Shown: positions 38,761 to 52,735, counted from the first letter of the stretch. The stretch is 64,000 bases of DNA from Anolis carolinensis (GCF_035594765.1 NC_085845.1:167416897-167480896), one strand, 5' to 3'. Translations and numbers: made by a program. Notes: a model not told the origin generated them from the sequence alone.

Positions 38761-39365
38761 GACTGCAAGGCCGAGTTCTGAGTTTTCTCAATCAATCAAA
38801 GAGCGGTTTTGTTGTTATTTCTCCAATGCAGTCTTTGAGTCTGATGGAGTTCACACTGTGTATGCGGGTCGTAGTTGGGGATTTGGGTGAACGCAAAGTG
38901 ATTCTCTTCTCCTATCACTCTCAATATGATGAGTTGAGGATCTTCCGTGAAGCAAAAGGCCGCTTTGGCTTACACATGGGGGGTCAGAGTGTGGTGTTTG
39001 TTCTCCCTGATCTTAGCACTTTGGGGAGTCACATATGTGTGACCTGGGAATCTGAGTTGGGCCTCACGGCCTTTTGGATAGATGGAAAAAGAAGCATTCG
39101 GAAGGTGTACAAAGTGGGGCATGTTCTTCAATCAGGGGGCACGGCCATGCTGGGCCAGGATCAGGGGGTGAGAAGTATGTCTGAACAGAAAGAGTGGCGT
39201 TTTGTGGGAGAAATAACAGATCTCTACATGTGGGATTATGTACTCAAATCTCATGATGTGCAAGAAGTGTTCCAGGTTGGTCAGTTTCCACGAGGAAACA
39301 TTTTTGATTGGAATACTTTATCCTACAAAATCACTGGAAGTGTGAAGGTATTACCTAAGGACTAA
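38761..39365 (+). CDS. FTP-pentraxin fusion gene: terminal pentraxin-domain exon
   Basis: ccag|GACTGCAA...; FTLCMR, signature HICVTWES (HxCxS/TWxS), FVGEITDLYMWDYVL; stop TAA; AATAAA 39581-39586. Architecture of pentraxin fusion proteins (PXN1-like). Confidence 0.92.
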
Positions 39366-40730
39366 TAATAACAGATGAGGATATGAGCATGAGCAAGTAT
39401 GGGGGCATGTATTTGATCAATATTTTGCAAAGAAAACAAGCAAAGCAAGTTGTTGATGTACTGTCCAGGATGTGAAAACATAGCTCCCAAATGTCTTGTG
39501 CTTAGTCTATAATACTTCATTTTGTAGAGCAGTCATGTTTGCAGAGTGAAATTCCTTGTTTGATCAATTCATGCATTTTAAATAAAATAGACCAATGAAC
39601 AATTCATTTGAACACTTATTTATATCAATTCTGCAAGTATTGTTTGGGATCAAAACCCCTTGATGACTGATTTCATTGCTTATATATATAGCAGGGCTGA
39701 AGAAATGTTCATCTTCCAGATGGAAAAAAATGATGGAATAACTGCACAATGCCTTCTAGCTGCCAGTATGGCATGTTCTGTCCAGAAACACCAAATACTT
39801 GATGTGGTCATAGAATCATAGGTCCTCAAGGTGTACTTAGTTCGGCTTGTCAATTTCAAAGCTCTACAGTGAAAGGCATCAGAAACTCCTTCCTCCCATC
39901 TTTCTATTGGAAATTTTCTGTGGCAGCTTTGAAAATAGCTGCAGTAACACTGAGGGCACAATTCAAAGTGTTGGTTGTGACTTAGGAAGCCCTACGTGAC
40001 TCACATCCAACCTACTATCTATTCCCAGATGAGCCTCCCCAATCTCTACAATCTTCAGAAGAGTGCCTCTCTCAATCCCACTGCTTTCATCTGGGGTTAA
40101 TGCAGGAGTGAGGCTTCTCAGAAGCTGCTCCTAGACTCAACCGTAAAAAGGATAGGAAGGCTCCTTCTTTGGTTTTTTTTTGGCAATGGATAAGGACCTT
40201 TCTATTCTTGCAAGCCTTTCTGAATTGATTGTTGACAAGAGAAAAACATTTTATGATACCGAACACACAGAGAGAAATAGAGAGGGAGGGAGAGAGAAAT
40301 ATTTTTGTAGGAAATGCAGTGGGATGTCATTCTTCTGGAATCTAATGATGTCCCCAAGCTTGCCAGCTGTCCCTTTGTTCTCAGCTTACTTCAATAGCCA
40401 CAGGCTGAGTTCTTCTTTGCAAGGTCTACTGTAGTATGGTATCACCAATGTGATGTGTTTCCTCATCTGGTGGCTAATGATGTGAAACAGGAATGGAGAG
40501 GTTTGGAGGGCTTTGGGCTTTGGCGAACAGACATTGCTCTTACAGTGACTAGAACACATCTAAATCCTGAAAAGCCTGATGAGGGTCCAAGCCCTTCTTA
40601 TATGTTAAAAGACACAATATTGATATGAAACTATAAACTGCAGTATATGATTTCTTGGTTCAACCTCTTTCTTCTCTGATTTGACAGGGATAGTCTCAAT
40701 TCATCTTCTGTCACTATACCTTTTAATCTA

Positions 40731-41535
40731 CAGTAGAGTGTCACTTATCCAACATAAACGTTCCAGCAGAACATTGAATATGTTGGATAATAAGGAGGGA
40801 TTAAACGTCAAGTTCTGTTATGATTTTACAAATTTAGCCTCAAAACATAATGTTTTACAACAAATTGACAGTAAAGGCAGTTCAATACACAGTAACATTA
40901 TGTAGTAATTATTGTCAAAAAACTTGCCATATTTGGTGCCCTCTGAGACTGATGCAATGTGCATTGGGCCTCTCCACACACCAGGCGCTTGCCAGGAGGA
41001 GCGAGATGCAGCCGGTGCAGGTTGGACGCTATGCCTGACAGGAAAAGTCTGCGCCCCTCCGGGTGGGTGCCCGGCACAGGGAGAAGCCCACTGCATGTTG
41101 ATGTCTAGAAAAACTTCTCTAGGCAGCAACATGCAGTGGGCCTCTTGCCCGAGTAGAGAAGCCGCTGTTTGTTGCTGCCTAGAGAGGTTTCTCTAGGCAG
41201 CAATGCACAGTGGACCTCTCAGCCTTCCCAGAGAGCAAAGAAGCCTGCTGCATGTTATGACCCAGAGAGGTTTCCCTAGGCAGCAACGTGCAGTGGGCCT
41301 CTCGCCACTCCCAGCAAGTGGAGAAGCCCGCTACGTGTTGCTGCCTAGAGAAATTTCTCTAGGCAGCAACGCTCAGTGACCCTCTCTGCACTTGCTGGGA
41401 GGGGCGAGATGTGGCTGGTGCAAGTCGGATACCCTGACGGGAGAGGCCAGCTGTGCTGGAGAAACAGCGGAGCCGACTGCATCAAATAATCCAGAACGTC
41501 GGATAAGAGGAGGTTGGATAAACGGGACTCTACTT
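40731..41535. mobile_element. long mariner-MITE derivative with internal GC-rich palindromic repeats
   Basis: CAGTAGAGTGTCACTTATCCAAC left TIR; GTTGGATAAACGGGACTCTACT right TIR. Confidence 0.65.
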
Positions 41536-42469
41536 TACTTTCAAAGTATTCCAGTTTCTCTTTCCTTCTCTCTACTTTTACAGTCACTTTAATGACTGCA
41601 AACTGAGTTCAAAGTGAAAAAACAATTCACACTTCATTAAGTCAATAAGAAAGAAGAATGGAAGGGGCAAAACCTCCCAAGTAGACTCAGGCTAAATCAA
41701 CTGCTGCAGATTGTTCTATCTTGTGTGTTGTTCCTCATTAATAAACTTTATGGTTCTGATCATACTGTGGTTTTTCTTGTGGCAACACATGCCTTGATTT
41801 TCATTTGTGAAATGGGAGTATCTGCAGTGTCTGCTATCAATTTCCTCTTTCAACTGACATAATAACAGAAGGCCTACATATCTTCTGGTTGTTCCCAAAG
41901 CCAGCTCCCTTCCAAAATAGTTTTTATCTCTTAGCTTTGAGTCAACATTATTCTAACAGTGTAATGGATAACTCAGGGAGCGATCTTTGAATCCTACTGT
42001 GACATAGATTCAACAGATATGGATAGATTTCTCCAAAGCAGGAGACCACAAACATATGGTTATCTTTGGTTAAATGAGATAAAACAAGTGGGATTAAGGG
42101 AGGCCCCTTCCAATGTCCTTTGTTTCAAAAGTGTATCCTTCTGTTCCTGTTGGGTTGGAAAATGAGTATGAAGAGTGTTTTGCATGCTTTTGAAATAGAT
42201 ATTAAGGGGTTAAACTGAATCAATAAGTGCTGCAGTGTCTCATACAGCAAATGGGTGAAAAGAAATCAGCAAACTAGCTTGCTAGAACTGCAGTTATTGG
42301 CTTAACCCAGGCCCCTTGTAAACCTGAAACCACATTTGCAGGAAACTTGCCTCCTTTTGGAGCTAGTTGTATGGTGATAGAGTTGCCAGGTGCCCCTTAT
42401 TATAAGGGTGTCTCTTATGGGAGGGCTGGAAATAGAGACTTGCTGGCTACTCGCTGTCATACTTGGCAT

Positions 42470-42960
42470 ATTTATTTATTTACAGGATTTATATTCCACC
42501 CTTCTCATCCTGAAGGGGACTCAGGGAGGATTACAATGCACATATACATGGCAAACATTCAATGCTATTAGACATATGACATATAGACTGACACAGGAGC
42601 AATTTAACATTTTCCAGCTTCCGGCGTCATGAGGGTATGCTTGATTCCGGCCACGGGGGGAGGGGGGGGCTGTCGCTTCACTGACTTGTGACAGCAAGTC
42701 CTTGATGGTAGTACTTCCTTTCCGCACACTGCTGGCAATTTTATGGTGTTGTAAACTAGTTAAATTAGCCTCCCCACATAAAGTGGAACCTAACTTTTTT
42801 ACTAGACAGATGCAATTGTCTTTCGAGCTGCTTAGGTCAACAGCGAGATGGCTATTAATGGTCAGGAGCTCAACTTGACCCGGGCTTCGATCTCATGACC
42901 TCTCGGTCAGCAGTGATTTATTGCAGCTGGCTACTAACCAGCTGCGCCACAGCTCGGCCA
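42470..42960 (-). mobile_element. SINE with L2-type tail
   Basis: minus head GGCCGAGCTGTGGCGCAGCTGG; same family on the plus strand at ~54266-54755. Confidence 0.7.
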
Positions 42961-43680
42961 TATAGCACAACCCAGGCAGAAGTTGACTGAACAGCAGAGA
43001 AGGGACAACATCTCAATTTGATAAGGAAATGCATAGTTTACACTTTCATTTCGTATTTAGATAGAGCACAACCTTATTAATATCTATTCTTTTATTATCA
43101 ACTTCATGTGGCATTAATTTTATGGTTCTAATTCCTGAGGGGAATTTACATGTGCAACTATGCAGAAATAAATTTGTGGTTTAAACATTTGCAGTATACC
43201 ATACTCTTTGACCTAGTCAGTTGAAAGCCTTGGAAATAAGAAACAATATGAGATTTCTGAAATGTTAGTTGATTTCTGAACACAACAAATGTTGGAATCC
43301 ATCCAATGCCAGAGCGCTAGAGGAAGGGAGAAGAGGCTGAAGCAGAGGCATTACATGACACATTGGTTGTCCACATGTGTTCTCAATAAAGTAAATAAAT
43401 TGTTCTACTTTCTTTCATTAAAGGACATAATTTGTGATCTCTTTTGGACTTTTTATCTTATTTGATCAGATTGTACAGAGTGATTTTGTAAGGACAACAG
43501 TAAATATTATTTGAGGGTATGTTTCATAACCTTATGTCTAAACAGATCTGATTGGATGTGTTAAGTACCCACTGGTATTTATTAACCTTTCATCAAATAC
43601 TGCAGGGGCACTTGAGATTTTCCTGGGCCTTAACTGCCATTTTAGATATCATTCAAAAAAGGCCATTTCCACAAAGAACC

Positions 43681-43738
43681 ATGAGACATTTTCTCTCTCT
43701 GATTTTGGCCACCCTGACAGCATTGTCTGCCTCCAAAG
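43681..43738 (+). CDS. multi-FTP fucolectin gene: signal-peptide exon
   Basis: ACCATGAGACAT...TCCAAAG|gtatgt; MRHFLSLILATLTALSASK, phase 1 matching the next exon. Confidence 0.8.
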
Positions 43739-45274
43739 GTATGTCTCTGAGACTAGCTGCAATTGCCTGCTTTGTTTCCTTTTCCTTAAATCCAGAAACA
43801 AAACCTTGAAACTGTGTACTTTTTATATGCCCAATCCCTTTTTATCCATAGTGGTTGATGCTTGTATCATTTCCTCATTTGTATGGTCATTATGTGTTTT
43901 ACTGTATGATGTGTTTTAACTGCTTATTTTATTTGATTGTTGTATCATTGTTTCTCAGTTATAGATATTGGCTTTAATTTGTTATATTTTGCTTCTGTTT
44001 TGGGCTTGGCCCCATGTTAGCCGCCCTGAGTCCCTTTGGGGAGGTGGTAGCGGGATAGAAAAATAAAGCATTATTATTATTTATTATTTCATATCTGTGC
44101 ATGTTTAGGATTTTGTTGCACAAAAGAGGCAACCTGGGATTAATGTAGGACTATTATCTTTGTTGACAGGTTTAAACAGTGTCTGGTTTTTCTTGGGGGC
44201 AAATGGGTGCTGAATTTGGCGGGGTGAGAAGCTGAAGTATAAGGAGTAATTGCAGTCATTGGATTCACTGAGAATAAGTTTAAAAGGTGGCTAGCGGTTT
44301 TTTTGGGGGGGGAGGGGAGAATAAGTGGGTGGCAATTTTGGCTGGTGAAAGACAGAAGGGAGAAGCTGAAGTAGAAAGATGGCTCTGAGTCTGCAAGATC
44401 TGAGTAGGATGGTTGGTGATAGGATAATTCACAGTGTTGCCATAAGTAGAAGTTGATGGCAGTTAAGAACAAACAACATTGGGCAGAACCAGATTTAGTT
44501 AGACTTAGATTGAATCCATTGAGAGTGATGGGGTTTAAATTGTGATGACCTCTCAATAATTTAAATTCTATTTATTTAATAGATCTCATCAGACCCTTGG
44601 ACGTAAACAGTTATACCACCATTATTCCATTTTAACTGCCATCCTATGAAATCCTGGAATTTGCAGTTTGATGAAATACTAGAGCTCTTTGGCTGAGGAC
44701 TCTAAATGCTTTCTCTAAATTTCAGAGCATAGGATATTGTGCTGATACAATCTGAGATATCAGTGGGAATGATTTCTTTCCCATGCCCCAGCCAGACTCA
44801 CTCTTGCAGCACTCATTGAGATGGTCATCGTCGTAAAGCACCCATTGTTTATCTTGGTCTAACCCCATTGTGTTCATTTGGGCCATTGTGTCCATTAAGC
44901 CCATTATGGATTGCAAAACTACATTCCTTTCCAATCACGCCCTTCTTAGGGGAGGATTTTTGACCAATCAGGAGCTGGCGCAGGAGTCTTGAATAACTGT
45001 CAAAATGTAATAAATATGTGTTCACCACTGTGATATTTCAGTTCTTTAGGGTGCTTTCTCCACTGACATTCTTTTTGGCCACTGAGAATAAAATTCTGAT
45101 TTTGCCATCAACCCATCCCTGTTCTCATTTGGTCTTCTGGGAATCTAGACATGCCAGGCTCCAAACCCACATATCTTGTGGAAGCTGAAATTACATAAAA
45201 ATGTGGGCAGGTTTTGCTTCTAAGCAGATTTATGCACCGCTGAAGTAAAAGATAAACCTTTTCTTTCCTTTCAG

Positions 45275-45560
45275 CCAACAATGTGGCCCTTTCAGGAGAA
45301 GTCTACCAATCCAGCACATATAATCCCATTGGAATTGCTAGGAATGCTATTGATGGTTCTTTGGAAGGTGATTTTTCAAATGGTTCCTGCACCCACACAA
45401 ACAATGAAAATAACCCATGGTGGGTAGTAGATCTACTGGCAGAATATGATGTATTCTGGGTCAGTATTACTAATCGAAAAGATTGTTGTTCACATCGGAT
45501 AATTGGAACTGAAATCCGGGTTGGGAATTCCATAGAGAATGGAGGCACCAGAAATCCCAG
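45275..45560 (+). CDS. multi-FTP gene: domain 1 exon A
   Basis: 286 nt; AIDG, CTHT-x-PWWVVDL, H-x26-RKD-x4-R fucose motif intact. Confidence 0.9.
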
Positions 45561-47996
45561 GTACTGTATATTGAACAGCTGTTTTTCAGGGCTTTACATG
45601 ATAAAGACACAGGAATGAAAACAGATTACAAGGAATCCAGGCAAAGGTCGAACAGTCTGAGCCGCAGAAACAGTGGCATGACTTGTGACTGATAAAAGTT
45701 CTTAAACTGCTTAATTAAGGCTGCATTTTTCTAAAAATAGTTCTCTTTTTTAAAAAGATTTTAAAATAGTTTGATGGAAACCACAGCAATGAATGTAAAC
45801 GTATATTGAAATTATATTTCACCCCAAGGTGATGTACGTTAAATAGTTGGATCTTGTAACGACTGCTGAATGCTAGATGGCTGCTGCTAGCTGACTGTGG
45901 CTGGATCTACACTACTATATAATGCAGTTTCAGAATGCAGATTAACTGCCTTGAATTGGAGCATGTGAGTTTCCACTGCCACATAATGCAATGATCCTGC
46001 AGTCTCAGAAATGTGGGCAATTAGATCAGACTGAGCCTGGCCTAATCCATTGCTCACACTGCAAACAGACCTTCCACCACATCACTGTCAACAAGCAGTT
46101 CTCTCCCAGGGTGCTTCCCGACAGCTACAAAACTTGTGCCCAAGTGGGTTTAAATAACCTGCTACTGCATGGGTTCTTATCCCCACTCACCCACCCCGGA
46201 CTTTCCTGGTGGAGTGGCTACATGCAATTCCATGACAAACCAGGATGGCATGAAACCCCAAATTTAGCTCCTAAAACTTACTTAAAAGGTCCCTGGCTGC
46301 CATAAAGGTTCTCCTCGCATCCTCCTGGCATGAGAAAATGACATGCTAGGAGACGGGAGGGGTGAGGAGGAAAATCCATGAGCCCATGATGTGCGGGATG
46401 GCAGTGGAGACTCACCCCTGGGACTATGGAAGCAGTCTCGGGTATGAGTCTCCACAGATCCAATACCCCATTAGACCTAGCCCTTTCAGGAAGGGTCTAA
46501 CGGGATATCTAATTATAAACCTTATTTTGTTCAGAATTAATTTGTTTTTACCCGAAGCATCATTTGGACACTTCCAGTAAAAACCAAGACAGGTCTCAGT
46601 TTTTGGGCCTGTCTGGATAGACCAGGCATGGGCAAACTAAAGCTTGGGCACTTACCTTGGGCCCTTCTCATTTTCCCTGTCCTCTTGGCATAAGGACACG
46701 GTGGCCTGCTGCATCTGTATGCCAAAATAATGGGGGAGGAAGGCACATAGCAACTGAGAGCCCCCTGGATTGCTCTCAGCCACCGTGTATCTCACCCTCC
46801 TCCTGGCATCAGGATGATGCAAGTGACCCCATCCTTATGCCGGGAGGACAGCTGAGGGCCCTCCAGAGCAAATGCAGTTGCTGCATGTTTTGCCCTCCTC
46901 CCGGTATAATGCTAAGACAACAACCCTAGGATCAGGGGAGGAGGATGGGAAGGAGGATCGGGGCAGTTGCTACATATCCCGTCCTCCTTCCAGCATAAGG
47001 ATGGGGTGAGCAGCCCTGTTCTTATGCTGGGAGGACAACCTGAGGATGACCCAGGCCCTGCCCTGCCCCCTCCTGGCTCCGTCCTTTCCCAGGCTCCCCC
47101 AGTGTGTGCCCAGGCCCTCCCGGCCCTCTCGGCCAGGCCCACAATGCGGCCCCAAGGCAAAAAAAGTTTGTCCATGCATGAGATACACCCTTGGATGCCT
47201 CTGGTAAAAACTGAAACAGGTCTCAGTTTTTAGGCCTGTCTGGATGGGCCCCCAGGGAACTTGCTGGCACTGTTACATTTCTATTGATGTCATTTTCGGT
47301 GCCAAGTCATGTTTGGAAATGTGACATTGGGAGATCACTGCTTGCTTGTGGTGATATATTGGTGGTGGCCCCAATGCATTGTCAGACTGTACCTATGGAT
47401 AGCCAAAGAGCTCTGGGGATGCTTCCAGGCTGTATTGGAAAAGCTCCAGTGCCCTTTACATCAGATCTTTCCAGTAGGTGAAGATGATCCTGATATGACC
47501 ATTGCTTTAAAAACTATGCTGTGAACAAAATGGAAGAGTGCTCTGAACAAAGAGTAGATGTCAAATTTGAATCAGAGACCTGTTAATTTAATGCTGTAGC
47601 ATCATCATAATAAAGCACTTTGTTTAACATTCCTTTCTTTTTCAAGCAACAGAGGCTGTGGATGAGGGGTGGGGTTGAAATAGTTTGAGAGTTTGCTTTG
47701 ATCGGCTTACTTCCAGGCTAAATTTATTTTCTGATTTCTTGACATGACCATTTAAATGGAGTATAGAGAAATGAAGTTTTAAATGAAGCATAAAGGAAAT
47801 ATACAATACTCTTAATACTATTCCACCCAAGGTTATTCAAAAAGGAATCAAAGAAGTAGTAGTTAGAATCCAGAATTAATTTGCATCACTGTCTTCCTTC
47901 TCCCAACCTAGTTCACTTTTGGTAAAACGCAGTATCAGATAATCATAGGAGTTCTCTAACAGTAACATAATATCTTATAAATGGTTTATTTTCAAG

Positions 47997-48148
47997 ATGT
48001 GCTACAATCAACTTTTTGGCCCCAGGGGATACACAAAGATTTGACTGTGAAGGTTTTCGAGGACAGTTTGTGACTGTTAACCAACCAATGGGAGGAATGC
48101 TCACACTTTGTGAAGTTCAGGTATTTGGTCAGCAGAGGGAGGTACCCA
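47997..48148 (+). CDS. multi-FTP gene: domain 1 exon B
   Basis: aag|ATGTGCTACA...GTACCCA|gtaagt; CATINFLAPGDTQRFDCEGFRGQFVTVNQPMGGMLTLCEVQVFG. Confidence 0.88.
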
Positions 48149-49213
48149 GTAAGTAAACAAAAATCTGTCTTCTTTTTTGTCACACACCAAAAATACAGGA
48201 AGGAAATCCATTATTCAGACTCAGGTTTCAGTCCTAGTTACATGCAACTAGAACCAAGTTATTTAGGATGCAGCAAATATCCCCCTCTGAAATTCTTAAT
48301 AACAGTCAATAATTCTTCCGCCAAAGAGAAAATCAGATATCATATTCCCAACTTGCTTCCTCAGCCTCTGCTTCATAGAGGTTTCCATCATCATCATCAT
48401 GGGTAAAAATCGGGTGTATAGAAATGAGTATGGGGCTGAATTTGCTACAGTCAAAATGTTGTCAGCTCTCTGACTATGTATCCAACAAAGAATGAAATTG
48501 CAATGCACATCAGATTGGTTCTAGCTCACTAAACCATACTCGCCCTGCCCTAACTTTCTAGATCTGCATGGAAGGGTGTAAATGTAAATAATCACCTTCT
48601 TGTAGAGATCAATTCCAATAAAAATAAAGAGAAAGAAAGATCTCTATGGGGAAAGTAAATTCACCCCCAACAATAGATATAATTTGGTGCTCATGGCAGG
48701 GCTTTGGGACTAGCAATCACATTATACCATCCCACCCCCAATTACAGAGAGTGCAGCTGTTTTCTATCTTTGTATGACACCCCCAAACAAGCTCTCTGAT
48801 ATAACTGCCTTGCTCTATCGAAGGGCAGGGTAACCTTGACTCCATCAAGTGCTATTAGGTGGGTATAAATCCTGTAAGTGGTGGCACCCCACTTACTGTA
48901 TGATTTCCCCAAGGAGATTTTCTTCGTAACCATCTATTTCCATACAGGAAGAAGACATTTCAGTTGTTTAGACATTCTAACAGATAGTACTAAGTAGATT
49001 TAAATTGCAACCTTATCTGCTCTCCTGAATGTGCATTTAGCATTTTGTTTTTATTGGGACCTATACTTTGTCACTTCATTGTTGTTTACCATGCTGGCTT
49101 GATAAATTCATTTAACTGGTTCAAATAAAAAATTCAGATTATTTTAAATGAGTTATGTGACTGTTGATGGAAACCTAGTTAAATCTTTGCTTTTTAATCA
49201 TTTTTTTTATCAG

Positions 49214-49255
49214 TTGAATTTGAATCTGACGAAGGAGAACATTTCCAGATGTCTG
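49214..49255 (+). CDS. multi-FTP gene: candidate acidic linker micro-exon
   Basis: (t)n-atcag|TTGAA...TCTG|gtaact; 42 nt, phase 1-1, IEFESDEGEHFQMS. Confidence 0.55.
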
Positions 49256-49371
49256 GTAACTATACTGTGATTTATATTACTGGGCAACGGGGAATACCAT
49301 TGGTGATGTAGTCTTAACACAAAGAAATTAGCACAGGATTAAGTGTGAGCATAATTCGAACAAGCCAAGTA

Positions 49372-49694
49372 CAGTAGAGTCTCACTTATCCAACATAAAG
49401 GGGCCGGCAGAATGTTGGATAAGCGAATATGTTGGATAATAAGGAGGCATTAAGGAAAAGCCTATTAAACATCAAATTAGGTTATGATTTTACAAATTAA
49501 ACACCAAAACATCATGTTATACAACAAATCTGACAGAAAAAGTAGTTCAATACGCAGTAATGTTATGCTGTAATTACTGTATTTACGAATTTAGCAACAA
49601 AATATCATGATGTATTGAAAACATTGACTACAAAAATGCGTTAGATAATCCAGAACGTTGGATAAGCGAGTGTTGGATAAGTGAGACTCTACTG
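49372..49694. mobile_element. Tc1/mariner MITE
   Basis: TA TSD and TIRs. Confidence 0.9.
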
Positions 49695-50602
49695 TATATG
49701 TGAGTTTCCTTCGGTCTGGTAAAAATTGTGCAGGTGTTTTCTTAGCTATCCTGTTGGAAATATCTGGGGCTGACATTTGTTTAAAAATTGAATGGGCTTT
49801 GCCCTTTCTTCTCATATATTTTGTGATATATTTCAAAGTGGATTTGAGTGAATAATTGGAACAAATCATAAGCAACCAGCTTAACCAGTATACAATCTTG
49901 GCAATTAGAGCCCTCAATAGCACAGCAGGTTAAACTGCTGATCTGCTGAACTTGCTGACCAAAAGGTTGGTGGTTTGAATCTGGGGAGTGGGGTGAGTTC
50001 CTGCTGTTAGCCCCAGCTTCTGGCAACCTAACAGTTCGAAAACATGCAAATCAGGCAATCAGGCTGAAACAATAAGTATCTTGGCCAGATTCTAGATTAT
50101 ACACCATGGGTACCATCTCAATAATTCTACATTGGAGAAACTTTCCCTCCCCGTCTTTTGCTCAGCATCAATTCCCCATCCTTTATTCACTATCATTTCT
50201 TTTTACAGTTCTGCGACACTCCCTCCCCAGCATGTCACCCTCCTTGCCAGTGGTTGTTTACAGCTACGCAGGGCAATCTTTTTTCACTCCCTTACCATTT
50301 ATCCAAAATGAACCAATAGGCACTTGTCAACTAGAAATGTTGGGCACAAGTGATGGTTGTGGGATGGTGGTGGTAGAATTTAACTTGAGGCTTCAATCTG
50401 CAAAACGTAATGCTTTGCCATTGAAGTATGATACATCTCCTCTGACAAAGTCTGACAGTAGATCTGCAGTACAATAGCACAATGTATAGTAAATAAATTG
50501 ATTCAAGTCCACTCTATGTAATAGCCTTACTGTATGAATTGGCTTTCTTGTTCAGTGGTTTAAACATAAGGGGGTGGGGCTCTTTTCTGTCCTTTCTTAT
50601 AG

Positions 50603-50888
50603 TCCCGAATGTGGCTCCTAAGGGGAAGGTGTTCCAATCCAGCACCTATAATGCACTTGGAGACCCAGAGAATGCTATTGATGGCTCTATAACTGTTGAC
50701 TATATGCGTGGACACTGCAGCCACACGGAGCTAGAAGTTCAACCATGGTGGACAGTGGACTTGACAGCAAAGTTTCAAGTGTCCAGAGTTAGCATCACAA
50801 ATCGAGGAGACTGCTGTGCAGAACGGTTAAATGGGGCACAAATTCTTATTGGGAATTCCCCAGAAAAGGGAGGGATCACAAATCCAAG
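50603..50888 (+). CDS. multi-FTP gene: domain 2 exon A
   Basis: 286 nt; NVAPKGKVFQSS..AIDG..CSHTELEVQPWWTVDL..TNRGDCCAERL. Confidence 0.9.
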
Positions 50889-51015
50889 GTATGGCATAAA
50901 TGGGGGATTAGTCAAGAGATCATATTTGAATTTTTTTCCTGCCTTCTGTCTTTCCTGGACATGATTTTCAGTCCAGGAAAGAACTCTAACAAATATGAGT
51001 TGGTTTCCATTCCAG

Positions 51016-51167
51016 GTGTGCTACAATCAGATCACTGGGACAAGGGAAAACAGCTGTATTTGACTGTGGAGAAATGCAAGGGCAGTATGTAACTGTGACC
51101 ATCCCAGGTGTACGGATGCTCACGCTGTGTGAAGTCCAAGTGTTTGGCACAAAGGTCATATCCTCTG
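51016..51167 (+). CDS. multi-FTP gene: domain 2 exon B
   Basis: cag|GTGTGCT...TCCTCTG|gtaagt; CATIRSLGQGKTAVFDCGEMQGQYVTVTIPGVRMLTLCEVQVFG. Confidence 0.9.
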
Positions 51168-52055
51168 GTAAGTTAAAGAGGTTTCCTCACCATCTTACAG
51201 TTTGTGGAAATGCGGACTGATGCTGTCTTCGAATGAATACGGATTGCTGTGGTATGATATGCATGCACTGGAGGAGCCCTGATGGTAGAGCTTAGGGAAA
51301 CTCTCAATGCAAGCAGAATGGCATAAATCCAGACCTTCCATTACAGCAGTACTTTGGAGGGCATCCATAAGAGATGGAATTTTTATTTTTTGGAACTGCT
51401 GTTTTACTCCTCATGCTTGTTCATTACATAAATCTTAATCATTGCACCATCAAGGGATTTTTTTTTCGTGTCAGGAGTGACTTGAGAAACTGCAAGTCGC
51501 TTCTGGTGTGAGAGAATTGGCCGTCTACAAGGACATTGCGCAAGGGATGCCCAGTTATTTTGATGTTTTACCATCCTTGTGGGAGGCTTCTCTCATGTCC
51601 GTGCATGGGGAGCTACAGCTGTCAGAGGGAGCTCATCTGCTCTCCCCAGATTCAAACAGGCAACCTTCAGGTCAGCAACCCAACCATCAAGGGATGATAT
51701 AGATGCACAGAAAGTCCTCACAGATCCCATGCTGCAAAACAATGTTTTCCAGTAATAAATGAAGAAGAAATCAAGAAATGAGCATATGTGTGTGGGTTAG
51801 CCCTCTGACCAACCCTCTATAAATCTACAACTTCTATAGAAAAAATCCAAAAATTGAAGAGCCTGACATTTACTGGAACGACTGGCCATTCTGGAAGAGC
51901 TCTCAGTATCTTTAAGAACTGTAAAAATGTAAAAATGGCTGCATGAAAGATGGGAAAACTGTGCTAGTAAACCTTTGCCTGGCCTCATAGATTTGCTAAA
52001 GACACAGGGTTTCTGCCTTAATAAAGTTGGCATCTGTAGGTTATTCATTCTAGGA

Positions 52056-52735
52056 CAGCGTTTCTCAATCTCTGGGTTGGGACCTCTGGGGGGGCCATGA
52101 GGGGCGTTCAGAGGGGTCGCCAAAGACCAGTATTTTCTGTTGGGAAGTTTGGCCCAATTCGCTCATTGGTATGGTTCAAGGGGCTCTTTGATTGTAGGTG
52201 AACTATAAATCCCAGCAACTACAACTCCCAAATGTCAAGATCTATTTTCCCCAAACTCCACCAGTATTTAAATTTGGGCATATTGAATATTTGGTCCAGA
52301 TCCATCATTGCTTGGGTCCACAGTGCTCTCTGGATCTAGGTGAACTACAACTCCCAAACTCAAGGTCAATGCCCACCAAACCCAGTATTTCCTGTTGGTC
52401 ATGGGAGTTCTGTGTACCAAGTTTGGTTCAATTCCATCATTCTGAAGGCTTTTCGGTTGTAGGTGTACTATAAATCTCAGCAACTACAACTCCTAAATGA
52501 CAAAATCACCCCGCCCAACTCCACCAGTATTCAAATCTGAGTGTATCTGGTATTTATGCCAAATTTGGTCTAGTGAATGAAAATACATCCTGCACATCAG
52601 ATACTTATATTACAATTCATAACAATAGCAAAATGAGTTCTGAAGTAGCAATGAAAACAATTTTATGGTTAGGGGTCACCACAACATGAGGAACTGTATT
52701 AAGGGGCTGCAGCATTAGCAAGGCTGAGAATCACT
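52056..52735. mobile_element. hAT non-autonomous DNA transposon
   Basis: CAGCGTTTCTCAA left end, TGAGAATCACTA right end, internal GAACTACAACTCCC repeats. Confidence 0.65.

Noticed and set aside
44760-45160. possible solo LTR (CCAAT, AATAAA), similarly ~48700-49130
   Set aside because: No clear TG...CA ends or TSD could be established by eye.
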